Position numbers and translations under genes: made by a program. 64,000 nucleotides of DNA from Tubulanus polymorphus (taxonomy: Eukaryota; Animalia; Nemertea): NCBI RefSeq assembly GCF_964204645.1, contig NC_134031.1, forward strand, positions 10,230,001-10,294,000. The letters are read 5' to 3'. The notes beneath the pieces are model-generated. The model made no database searches, was not told where the DNA came from, and was given only the letters and a program-made list of their open reading frames with translations. Below are positions 23,301 through 33,643 of this stretch, piece by piece. Position 1 is the stretch's first letter. Each line of letters opens with the position of its first letter.

Positions 23301-24757
23301 TTATTTATTTTTAATCATATTCACTAGCCCAAAAATAATAGCACTTACAACTGTAATTAAAAATAAAATAATATGTTCAGCAGCAAAGTTAAGAATATTC
23401 CCAGCAGATTTCAATATAAAACCAACAATTGATGCAATAATTCCTGGCAATGCTGTACAAGTCCCTATACAAGTTAAAGCTAATTTAGTATTTTCATGTA
23501 ATTTATTATCATTATCAGTTTTAATTATATCATGTTGAATATCACCGTGTGGGTGCCATACGGCACCATTATCAGTTTTAATATTTTCTGTAGTATTGTA
23601 ATCTTTTATTCTAGAATCATTATGCAATTTAATATTTTTAGTTTTAGTTTATGTTGATTGAAGAAGTTTTTTATTTTTTTCACCTTCCATTAATTTTGGA
23701 GCATCTTTTTATTTATATCATTGAATCCAATTGAATTATTTATTGTTGCAGTTTTAATAAGATTATTATAACCAATTATATTTCCCATCTTTAATACTAA
23801 ATCATTAGAAATAATTAATAGATTAGGTCCTATACAATAATTTAATCTAATATGTGATTTATCTAAATAATTTTGATATCTTACAATGTTTTCTGGAATC
23901 GATCTATTTTTATCATTATGAATGGAATCTTCAAATAATACTTTGAATTGTTTCTGCGCATCAAACGAAGTACTATTATTTCCAACTATTGGTGATCTTG
24001 TTTCAACTTGTGCACCTAAAATACATATCAAATAAGTTCTAATTGATTGATTTATTCTTTGTATAGCAGGTTTTGTAAATCCTTCACTATAAGATTCAAT
24101 AAAATTAATCCATCCATTATTATTATCAATTCTATAATTATGATAAGCTCCAATTCTATGCATATAATCAATTCTTTTTATTTCATACTGTTCACCAACG
24201 CCATGTAATCTACCATGCGCTCTAAAATCGGAATTAATATTTATATTAAATTCATTACATATTTTGTAAAACTTAGATAGATTAATATTATTATCCAATT
24301 CTTTAAAATATTTCGATCCAGGTAAAGGGCATTCTAATTCATTTAATATTATTCTGATTTGAAAATATGTGTGAAATCTAAATATTGTATGAATGAATTT
24401 TAAATCAGAATATTTCAAATTTTTATCTAAGTTATTCAAGTGTTCATGCCAACTTACACCACAACCAGTTGTTGCACAATGAACAGCAAAATTTAATTGA
24501 TTCTGCTAATATTTCATATTAGATTTTACTTTATATATATTATATTCATATCGAGTAAAAGTAACTTCATATGTATTAAATATATTTTCCATTTTAGAAA
24601 TAAAATAGTTTGTTTCAGTAACATAAATTTCTAAATTAATCAATGAAGGCAAAACTAAATTTTTATATATTATTATGTTACTAAAATCTATTGCTGGAAT
24701 ATTATATTTATAATACTCATGTGATTTATTATATTGGAAAGCTTTTGGAAACCCCAT
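23301..24757 (-). pseudogene. Conserved Polinton gene (YxQNQLNFAVxCATTGCG family) fused by deletion to the hydrophobic tail of the next gene
   Basis: Colinear with 36279-37570, then jumps to ALPGIIASIVG (compare 38880-39035). Confidence 0.75.
23541..23569 (-). repeat. 29-bp GC-rich palindromic element, copy 4 (in-frame; absent from the homologue in A)
   Basis: ATGGTGCCGTATGGCACCCACACGGTGAT. B reads KTD-NGAVWHPHGD-IQH; A reads KTD-I-IQH. Confidence 0.85.
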
Positions 24758-24773
24758 TTATATAATAAAAAAA

Positions 24774-25200
24774 TTAATAATTAACTAATTCTTTTAATAA
24801 TTTATCTTGTTCTTCAACTTTTATATGACCATTTAAACTTATTATATAATCTAATGTATTCTTTAATTTATTAATTTCTTTTATATTAGTTTTAACTTTT
24901 TCTTTATTACTTTTTATATTTAATTTTGAACTTATACCAGTTAAAACACTTGAACTTAATCCTAATACACCAATTGATATAGCTAAAGGTGTTAATGGAC
25001 TGAATATTGCTAGAAATGTTATTACAGAACTAATTGTAACCGAACCACTAATAATCAAATAATGTATAATTTAAATATTTTTTCTTTTTAACTTTTAAAT
25101 CATTTTCAAATTCTAATATTTGTTTTTCTAAATATATCTTTAATTTAGTTTTATTTATATCATGAGGAATAATATCAATATTATCAACTTTATCTTCCAT
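24774..25200 (-). pseudogene. Polinton hydrophobic/coiled-coil protein (homologue of 35819-36262)
   Basis: ISGSVTISSVITFLAIFSPLTPLAISIGVLG; frameshifted; TAAATG start. Confidence 0.7.
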
Positions 25201-25219
25201 TTATTTAGAAAAAAAATTA

Positions 25220-25642
25220 CTAATTAGTAAATTTATATGCTACAAATATAACAATAACTGTTCCACCTAAAATCCAAATTATTTCATATTTCTGTTGTTC
25301 TTTACTTGGGGTATAATAATCTGATAATTTTGGTTTGTATAGATGTAATTTTTCTTTATTTGTTACCGCGTTATATAAACTCATTGCATCATCAACTAAT
25401 TGAAAATCTCTATGTGAAATCTTCTGATCATATAATTCCTTGTTAATATAATCCATATAGTTTTGTCGTTTTTCTCTGTATTCTTCTGCTGCTTTATTAT
25501 ATTTCTCTAATGCTAAATTATGTCTTCTTTGTTCTCCTAATGAACTATCTTTATCAATATGCTTAAATAAATAACCGCCACCAGTAAATGCTAAAGCGTT
25601 AACAATTGCTGATCCTATAATAGTTATAATTGCAGAAGCCAT
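25220..25642 (-). CDS. Conserved Polinton protein with hydrophobic N- and C-termini
   Basis: MASAIITIIGSAIVNALAFTGGGYLF ... IIWILGGTVIVIFVAY; homologue at 35371. Confidence 0.8.
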   Translation of the reverse strand: MASAIITIIGSAIVNALAFTGGGYLFKHIDKDSSLGEQRRHNLALEKYNKAAEEYREKRQNYMDYINKELYDQKISHRDFQLVDDAMSLYNAVTNKEKLHLYKPKLSDYYTPSKEQQKYEIIWILGGTVIVIFVAYKFTN

Positions 25643-25666
25643 TTATTTAGTAAAATAATTACACAT

Positions 25667-25885
25667 TTATATGGGAGGAATATATTTTTGTTTTTCCAAA
25701 TAATCAATAGTTAAATTAGAAAAAGTAACTGCTAATGTTAATTTTAAGATATCATTTATATCAAATCTATCAACATTAACACTTCCCATTTTGAATACTT
25801 TTTTTAATACCATTGAATAACCAACAGTTCCAACTGATAGTAATGCTCCATTATATAATCCAGTTATTATCCACTTATCACTCAT
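25667..25885 (-). CDS. Small conserved Polinton hydrophobic protein
   Basis: 72-aa ORF ending DYLEKQKYIPP; homologue at 35128-35354. Confidence 0.75.
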   Translation of the reverse strand: MSDKWIITGLYNGALLSVGTVGYSMVLKKVFKMGSVNVDRFDINDILKLTLAVTFSNLTIDYLEKQKYIPPI

Positions 25886-25899
25886 TTATTTATCAAAAA

Positions 25900-26242
25900 A
25901 ATTACTATCTTCAAAATATTTAGTTATCTTAGTGATGATTAATTCAACATTTATTTCATTACTAGTTTCATTTGTATATATTTCAATTATTATTTTTTTA
26001 ATATCATCGATGATAAAATCTTCATCTAATTCATAAAATCTTTAAGATTCTCTAATTAAATTAGTAATATTTTCTACATTAAAAGTTTCTTTATCTATTG
26101 TTGTTTCATACTCAAATGTTGTTTCATTAGAAAATGCAATATTTTTAATATGTGTTATTACATCATTAATGTTGAATTTCATTTCTTTCTCACGTTTAAA
26201 ATCAAACCCAAAACATATACTCGGTCCAACAGTTATATTCAT
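25900..26242 (-). pseudogene. Polinton hypothetical protein (homologue of 34785-35120), internal stop
   Basis: Shared MNITVGPSICFGFDFK start. Confidence 0.7.
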
Positions 26243-26258
26243 TTATATAATGAAAAAA

Positions 26259-27005
26259 TTACTCTCTACATCTTATAACTAATTCATAAATTACAGGAAA
26301 GTTATTCAAATCAATTAAATATCCATTATGATTTCTTATTTCTAATTTAAAATTATTAAATTTAGGAATGCAAGGTTTAAAATCACATTCTGTTAAATTA
26401 TAATTTATTTGAGTTCCAAATTGTTTAACATTTTTAGCGGTAAAATATTTCGTATACTAGAACTACAAATTGTTTCTTTAGTTGCTTCGAAAGTTTTTGT
26501 AGGATCAATTAAATTGCAATAAATATAAAAATGCGTAAAAGGTATTATATTTGGCTTAGTTTAAACATTTAAATACAGAATATTTGGATTAACTCCTAGC
26601 TAATGGTTTTCTTACTGCGAATTTATATTGTTCATTAGTTAAATTTATTCCTATTTTATTAGTACTATCAATTTTATTAAATTTAATATTAAATTTGGAA
26701 TCACCTCTAATTTGTATTCGTGCTTTTCTATTAATTTCTTGAGCTAATGTTTCTAAATTATATAATCCTGGTGTTAGCATAAGATCAAACCATTTATGAT
26801 TATTTCTATTAAAAATTAAAAAGGTTCTATGTTCATCAGTTTTATCCGTTATATTATAAAAAGAATTACATAAACTTATATTAACTAATTTTAAATCTAC
26901 ACAATTCTTAAATTCTCTATCTAATTGTACTAATTAATTATGTGATTTATAATTTGTAAGTCTTCTTGAATCAACAAATATTCTGTATTCTTTTAATTCA
27001 CCCAT
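26259..27005 (-). pseudogene. Minor capsid (penton-like) protein of Polinton B
   Basis: YRIFVDSR, LCNSFYNI, PGLYN, FYIYCNLI and LEIRNHNGYLIDLN; disrupted. Confidence 0.7.
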
Positions 27006-27073
27006 TATTTATAACACAAAAAAATTACCGCTCATCACTAAAAATTAATTTTAATAAAATTTTTCCTTAATAA

Positions 27074-27709
27074 ATGGATGAGAAGATACCATGTGAAATT
27101 TGTGGTGAACTTCTAAGAAAAAGTAATATGGCTCGACATATGAAAAAACATGATGAAAATTATAAACCCCCTAAACTAAACTGCCCAAAATGTAATAAAT
27201 TATTCTCAAGAAATTATGTTAAAAAACATTCAGAGACGTGTAAAATTAATGGCGCAACGGCTAATGTTGATAGTAACGAAAGTAATAGTAATTCTGCTGA
27301 AGTTGAACCTGAAGTTATTTGGAAAAGACCTTTCTTATTCTATGATAAGGATAATATAAAAGATCATTTCTGTAAGCCTTGTCGAATAAAATATAGCCCT
27401 GAAAATATAGAAGATTGGGAGAATCATCAATTTCGTAAAGCACATATAGATAAAATTTCTAATAAATTTGAAACTGAATTCAATGAAAGAAAAAATAATA
27501 TATTAGAAAAAATAAAATATGAGAAAACGTTACCAGATAATAAAGAAACAGTTGAAAAGTTAGATAAACAATATAATGAATTAACAAGAAAAACATATTA
27601 TTGTAAATATTGTAAATTGATTATTACAACAAGTAATCTACATAATAGAACAATAAAACATAAAGAAAACGTTAGAAAATACCGAGAGCTTAATGAAGAT
27701 TACCAATAA
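27074..27709 (+). CDS. Multi-zinc-finger (C2H2-type) protein
   Basis: CEIC..HMKKH, CPKC..H...C, CKPC..HQFRKAH and CKYC..HNRTIKH; TAAATG start. Confidence 0.82.
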   Translation: MDEKIPCEICGELLRKSNMARHMKKHDENYKPPKLNCPKCNKLFSRNYVKKHSETCKINGATANVDSNESNSNSAEVEPEVIWKRPFLFYDKDNIKDHFCKPCRIKYSPENIEDWENHQFRKAHIDKISNKFETEFNERKNNILEKIKYEKTLPDNKETVEKLDKQYNELTRKTYYCKYCKLIITTSNLHNRTIKHKENVRKYRELNEDYQ

Positions 27710-28377
27710 ATTATAAACGAAAATGTCCACAATGTAGTTATGCGACCTTTAGACAAGAAGGTACTGTGTTATTTTGTAATGAATGTGGATGGCAAAAGAA
27801 TTCATTGGGTGAAGAAAAAACTAGAAATTTTCTCATAGATCCAAAATTAAATTATCTTGATGAAATTTTTAAAATATTTTCTATAGAAGATCATACACCA
27901 GAATATATGCAATGGCCTGAAAAAATGAAAATAATAGAAAATAAAAATGGTGAAATAACTAAAAAAGATATTATAAAAACAATTATTCCGTCAACATTTA
28001 ACACAAAACAAAAGAAAATGTATTTATATTTATTATTTAACGATTATTATGAAAAACCTAAATTAACAGAAGATATGAAAAATATAAAAAAAATATTCAA
28101 ACAAATATTAATGTATCATTTGGAAAATAGAATAACAGATTCAATTAATCATGAATTCTTTTTAAATAAGATTGTAAATTATTTAAACATCGATATTATA
28201 ATTCCATTTGACGAATTAACAAACAAAAAGAAACAAAGAGAGCGAGATGAAATGTGGAACAAGATAGAACTTTATTTAAATGAGAAAAATGAAATGGAAG
28301 AAGAACCTAAACAATTAAATGAAAATGAAGAAGCCAATAGTGATTTCGAGTATGATGATATTGATTTTATGTTTTAA
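27697..28377 (+). CDS. VLTF3-like (poxvirus A2-type late transcription factor) protein; start codon apparently damaged
   Basis: The open frame from 27697 gives the zinc ribbon KCPQC-x13-CNECG, then KLNYLDEIF, PKLTEDMKNIKKIFKQI, SINHEFFLNKIVNYL and KKQRERDEMWNKI. This matches the VLTF3 pattern by eye. Confidence 0.65.
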   Translation, partial: RLPINYKRKCPQCSYATFRQEGTVLFCNECGWQKNSLGEEKTRNFLIDPKLNYLDEIFKIFSIEDHTPEYMQWPEKMKIIENKNGEITKKDIIKTIIPSTFNTKQKKMYLYLLFNDYYEKPKLTEDMKNIKKIFKQILMYHLENRITDSINHEFFLNKIVNYLNIDIIIPFDELTNKKKQRERDEMWNKIELYLNEKNEMEEEPKQLNENEEANSDFEYDDIDFMF

Positions 28378-31300
28378 TGACCATAAGGTAATGTTTTTAT
28401 ACCATCATCTAAAATATGCCTTTTATCATCAAATGGATTCAAACTAGTTTTTTCAACTTCATTAATGTACATCTCGTGATCTTCTGATCTTAAACAATTC
28501 ATTTTGTGTTTCATTACAATTGAGTTATATAAACACTTTATATAATCTTGAAATTCTATATGTTTATCAACCACATGTTTTGTTATTCCTTTTAACTTTT
28601 TAGCTTCATGATCTTTTGCTCTATAACTATACATTTTACTTCTTATCCCAACAAATTCAATCATTTCATCACCCCCTAATTCATCTTTAAACTTACCAGG
28701 AATCTTTTTATTATCATTGCTAAATAGTTCATGATCTTTGGGATAATTGCTAAAATCAAAATGATGTTTTAATGTTTTTAAGTCTTTTGTTATGTCATTT
28801 GTCTTGATTTTTAGTATGTAGGCGTCCGTATTTTTGGCTATTAATGGAAATCCACAGTTAAATGTACCATCTTAAGTTGATAAATCATAAACATAGTCAG
28901 TTGGGTTATATATTTCAAATAAATCTTTAACTTCTTCTGTTACTTCTTTTTCTACATGCCTTAAATTAAAACAATTTGGTTTAGATTTAATTAATTCTAT
29001 ATTCATATTAAATCCTAATGAACTGCATAATATATTTAATCCTGATATAGCAACTTTTCCTTTTTGAGCTAAAGATATTGTTTTGAAACTTTTTGAACCA
29101 TCTGCTGCATAGAATCCAATGAAGAACCATTTTCTTAAATTATTTTTTGCATTCAATACATAGTCTGGAACTATCTTTTCTTAAGTTGAAGTATTACTTT
29201 TAACTATTGCATGGATATAGAATTCGTTATTATATTTTGTAGCAAAATCTTTAGGGTTATTTACAAGTATTCTATAAACTGCTGTTGATATCATATGATC
29301 CACGATTCTAAATGTTTTATGTGAATAAACTTCTTTACAGAATTTCTTTATTCTTTCTAATAATTTCAAATCTTGATTGCATAAATACCAGCAATATTGA
29401 GTGCGATTAACATAATTATACACACCTGCTGAACCATCTCCCATGAAAAATCCTTTGTTAAAATATTCTTTTTCTTCTAATGTTTCGGGTTCTATGTTAT
29501 AAATATTATCAATTATTTCATCAAATGACATATGATTCATTCTTTGGAAAAATCTTTTATGTAATAATTCATCTCCAATTTTTATATTAGTTGGTTTTAT
29601 TTCATCACCATTTCGTTTAATTAAACTATGATCTTCTGTAACATCAACAAACCCTAATTTAGTTCTAACTCTATAGATTTTCTTATTTGTTTTATGCCTA
29701 ATAATATTCTTTAATTTTCTCCATCCATTTCTTGTCCAAACATCCATTAAACCATTTATTTGTATTCTTTTTAATATAACTGCTGTTAAATAATCTTCAA
29801 ATCTTTTATTTCCTAAATGTCTAGGACTTGATTGTAAATGTCTTAATCGTTCAGAATTATTTACTAATTCAATATCATTTCTATTTCTAATATTTTCACA
29901 TGTTTTACCATAAAAACTATTATTCATTAATTTGAAGAAATCTTTTTCAAAATCTGTTTTTGATATGGTTCTCTGTTGAGTATTGAAATCTATATATTTT
30001 TCTAACCACTTCGATTGATTAAATTCAATATATCTATGTACTTTCTTTAATTTCATTCCTTGTTTTAGATAAAATTTTAACATTCTATAATGAACAATAT
30101 AATTGTATTTATTATTTTGAGTAAGTATTAATTTTTCTGTAAAAACATGATCTTTCGGTTTTATTTTTTTTCTGGTATTCACTTAAATAACTATCATCTA
30201 CAGTTAAATGTTCTGGGCAATAAGGTAAGTTTCTTGTTTTAAACTTTATATTTTCAGGATATTCTAAATCAACTACAAAGAAATAACCAATTGGTGCTTC
30301 ATCTTCTAAACTCATAATTGCGCTTTCCCAATTAGTTTTATCATCATTTTCAACTTCTGTTTATATAAAATTTTTATATGGTTGAGGTTGCATCATTGCC
30401 CAACCATATAAATTATTGGCATCAATATATAATAATTTATATTCATCATTTGCTTTAAAATACCTATCTCCCATAACACCACTAATTCCACCTCTAATTG
30501 ATTTTTCAAATAATAAAACCATATCTGGTTCTTTTAATAAATCTAATTCTACATTTGTATATTTTAAACCACATTGCCAGGTTAAACCAGGGCTAGAGTA
30601 GCAATAACAAGGATCAACATTAAAATGATTCAAATTAACTTCTCTAAATTTTTCAAATATGTCAGCCAATATCATAACATCTGATTTTAAATATAAATCA
30701 ACTAATTCACCATGATTTTTCATCTTAAAATGATTCAAAATATTTAATGTTCTATTAAACACTTCGTCTTTCACATACTCCTCTTTTAATTGATCATAAA
30801 ATTGATCTTTTAATAATTCTGTTACATTAAAATCATTGTGTGTTTTATAAAATGAATAAGGAATTGCACCTTTATATCTCAATAATTTAAAATCTTGTTC
30901 ATTTGGATAATAATATCGAGTTATAACAAAATCATTATCAACTAAACTTTTTGATAAATTATCTAATGAACTTGCTAGAAATCTATAAGAATCTAAAAAT
31001 CTAATGCAACCAAATTGAAATAAAATATAATTTTCAGATGTTTTAGCTAATAGTTTAAAATCATATTTTCTTACATTTACACCATTCATAGCATTATATT
31101 CTTCTATTTCTTGATTAATTGCGCCCAATTTTCCCGATAATTGTTTTATAAATAGATGAGTATCATAGCCTGATAAATTATGAAATAATATTGGTACGAA
31201 ATTAACTTTCTTAGCTTGTAAATTGCAATCTTCATGAGCAGCTCCACGATATTTTGAATTTAAATGATCATGATCTCTAACTTTTTTATCAAATGAATAA

Positions 31301-33171
31301 AAACGTTTTTCACAATAACAACAATGAGTTGCATAATTAAAATCAATTTCATCTTCTTTTGTCATAACTATTCTTTTATTTTTGTTTAATAATTTTGCAA
31401 AATCACTTTCTAATTCAATCATTTTATCACAAAAATCATTAACTACATTTTCACCTCTAAAAGAAATATATTGACTTTCATATAATTCAGGATAATTTGA
31501 TTTTATATAAATTCCATAAGCAGCAGCTCTTTGATGAACTTTTTTAATTGTATTTATAATTGGTGGGTCTTGTATTGTGTCTTCATTTAATTCATATCCT
31601 TTATCCATTGAGTTTAATAATTGCTTTTTGTTATATATTTCTTTTCTATCTTGATCAGTTAATTCTTTATTCAACGATTCAAAATCCCCATGAATTACAA
31701 ATGGAACAATATTCTTAAATTTATGATTAGTAAATTTCAATTTATAATCTTTTTTTGTTGGCATTATTAATTTACAAAAATCTTTATTATCACATAATTC
31801 TTTATGTTTTAATAATGTATTCTCAGTCATAAATTTAGATAAGCATTTTCTACATAGATAAATTTTACGATGATGATCACTTTCTGTTCTAAAGAATAAA
31901 TCAATTTGTTTTAACCACATATAATGTTCATTTTCATCTTTTTTGTAATATAACAAATCTATAACATTTTCATCATCATAATATTCTGTTAAATATAAAG
32001 CTTCTAATGTATAATCTTTAATATTTTCACCTTTTGTCTTTGGTAATTGCATTAATTCGAATACATTTATTTTTAAATTATTAACTTTTTCTATTTTAGG
32101 AATCATTTTTATAGTTACTGGATATTGATCAATTTTATATAATGTTTCATATTTCCGGTAATCTGTTATTCTACAAACATTTTCCTGAGTTGGATGTAAG
32201 CAACTAATAATTGACCATAGAAAACATTTATTATCTTCATTTTGAATATTTATTACTGATTTCGTTGTAAATGGTAATTTAATATAAGATGATGCTTTAA
32301 TATCCTTTTCTGTTGTAAAGTTTGAATCATTTTTAAACATTTTATTACTTTTTGATGTTTTATTTCTTTTTGTATTATAAACATTTAAACCTAAATATAT
32401 AATTTCATTCAATGTTAAGCCAGAACCCTCAAAATATCTTTCTTCAATATGACGTTTAAATTCATTAAATATTTTTTCTAACTTCTCTTTTATTTGTGTT
32501 TTTGAAATTATTTCTTCAGAGTGTGTTTGAATATTATAATTCATTTTTTCTTCTGACTTTATAAAACTTACTTTCCCAGAGATACTAATTTTTGGATATT
32601 CAAGATCTGTTATCAAATCTAGTATTTTTTCTATTATTTCATTAAATGTACTATAATCTTCTATTGTTGTACCTTTAAAAAATCTAAATATAATAGCTGC
32701 AGGACCAATTTTACTACGTAATGTTTCTAATATTTCAATTGTATCTTTTATTTCTAGTGAATCAATATAATTTCTAACATTTTCCATGTAAGGTTTATTT
32801 GAAATGGATTTAGTTTTTGAAGTTGGTTTTTTTACTTTTTGAGGTTTATCATCAAAATAATCTTTTCCTAAAACATTATTACTCAAATTTTGATGGTGTT
32901 TTTGTGATTCGAGATGTCTATTATAATTCCTTTTTACTATAAATTCATTACAAACTTCACATTTTATTTCATCCACATTCATATTTTCTAATTGTTCTTT
33001 TCTTTCATTGGAATTTTCTGGAGTTTCAAAATCTATTACATTTTTTATATGATTTGCAGTTTTTTCATGTCGTGTGTTATTAGATGTATCGACGTATTTT
33101 TTACAATATTGGCAATAATATTGATTTTTATTAACATTATTATTTTCTGGCTGGTGTTCATTCTCCCCCAT
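28374..33171 (-). pseudogene. Protein-primed DNA polymerase B of Polinton B with N-terminal zinc fingers, endonuclease-VII-like insert and intein
   Basis: ExoI HGDFESL, ExoII FHNLSGYD, ExoIII YLKSDV, PolA YIDANNLYG, PolB KLMNNSFYGK and C-terminal SLNPFDDKR; frameshifts at about 30360 and 30165. Confidence 0.95.
28830..29765 (-). mobile_element. Intein remnant with LAGLIDADG homing-endonuclease domain at pPolB motif C
   Basis: Block B VDVTEDHSL, block C GFFMGDGS, block E GFYAADGS, blocks F/G YVYDLST*DGTFNCGFPLIAKN followed by extein TDAYILKIK. It lies in a single frame with two stops; block A is missing. Confidence 0.9.
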
Positions 33172-33188
33172 TTATTAGGAAAAAAAAA

Positions 33189-33256
33189 TACTTGTGGTGA
33201 TGAGTGGTGTCTCGTCCTCTCGTCCTCTGATCTGAAACCCACATCTTCCAATTACT
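33189..33256 (-). repeat. Right TIR of Polinton B
   Basis: Reverse complement of 16671-16738, followed by the TSD GAAATG. Confidence 0.96.
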
Positions 33257-33625
33257 GAAATGATAGAGTTCATCGGAATTCGATCTAAAATGTATAGTTA
33301 TAAAACCAAAACTCATGAATAAAAGAAATGGAAAGGAATTACCAAAAGTTTAGTTGCAAAGAATATTCATTTCAAAGACTACATCAATTGTATATTCGAT
33401 GAAGAAGTTAGAAAACATAAGTCGAAATGTTTAAGATCAGAAGATCATGAAATGTTTATTGAAGAGATAGAGAAGATAAGTTTGAATCCTTTCGATGATA
33501 AAAGATATATTTTAGATGATGATATACACACAGTTGCTTATGGTTGCAATTTAGATGAATACTTAAAGTTTAAAAGAGAAGAAACAAAAGAGAATGAGAT
33601 TATGAAAAGGATTCTAGCATGTTAA
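33257..33625 (+). pseudogene. C-terminal fragment of Polinton A pPolB
   Basis: EMIEFIGIRSKMYSY ... KGITK ... SLNPFDDKRYIL continues the frame broken at 16670. Confidence 0.92.
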
Positions 33626-33643
33626 TCAAATTTTAATAAAGAT

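Larger units (their letters stand above)
16671..33256 (-). mobile_element. Inner Polinton/Maverick B, 16586 bp, terminus to terminus
   Basis: Identical 68-bp TIRs with AG...CT termini; 6-bp TSD GAAATG at 16665-16670 and 33257-33262; pPolB, capsids, integrase and ATPase genes. Confidence 0.96.

Noticed and set aside
29181-29765. Hedgehog-type Hint domain or free-standing homing endonuclease
   Set aside because: It is in frame within pPolB, contains LAGLIDADG blocks and ends Asn|Thr at motif C, which fits an intein.
16671-33256. Simple inversion or misassembly explaining the opposite-strand duplicate genes
   Set aside because: Perfect TIRs, a 6-bp TSD, a resumed host reading frame and clearly diverged gene copies indicate a true nested insertion.
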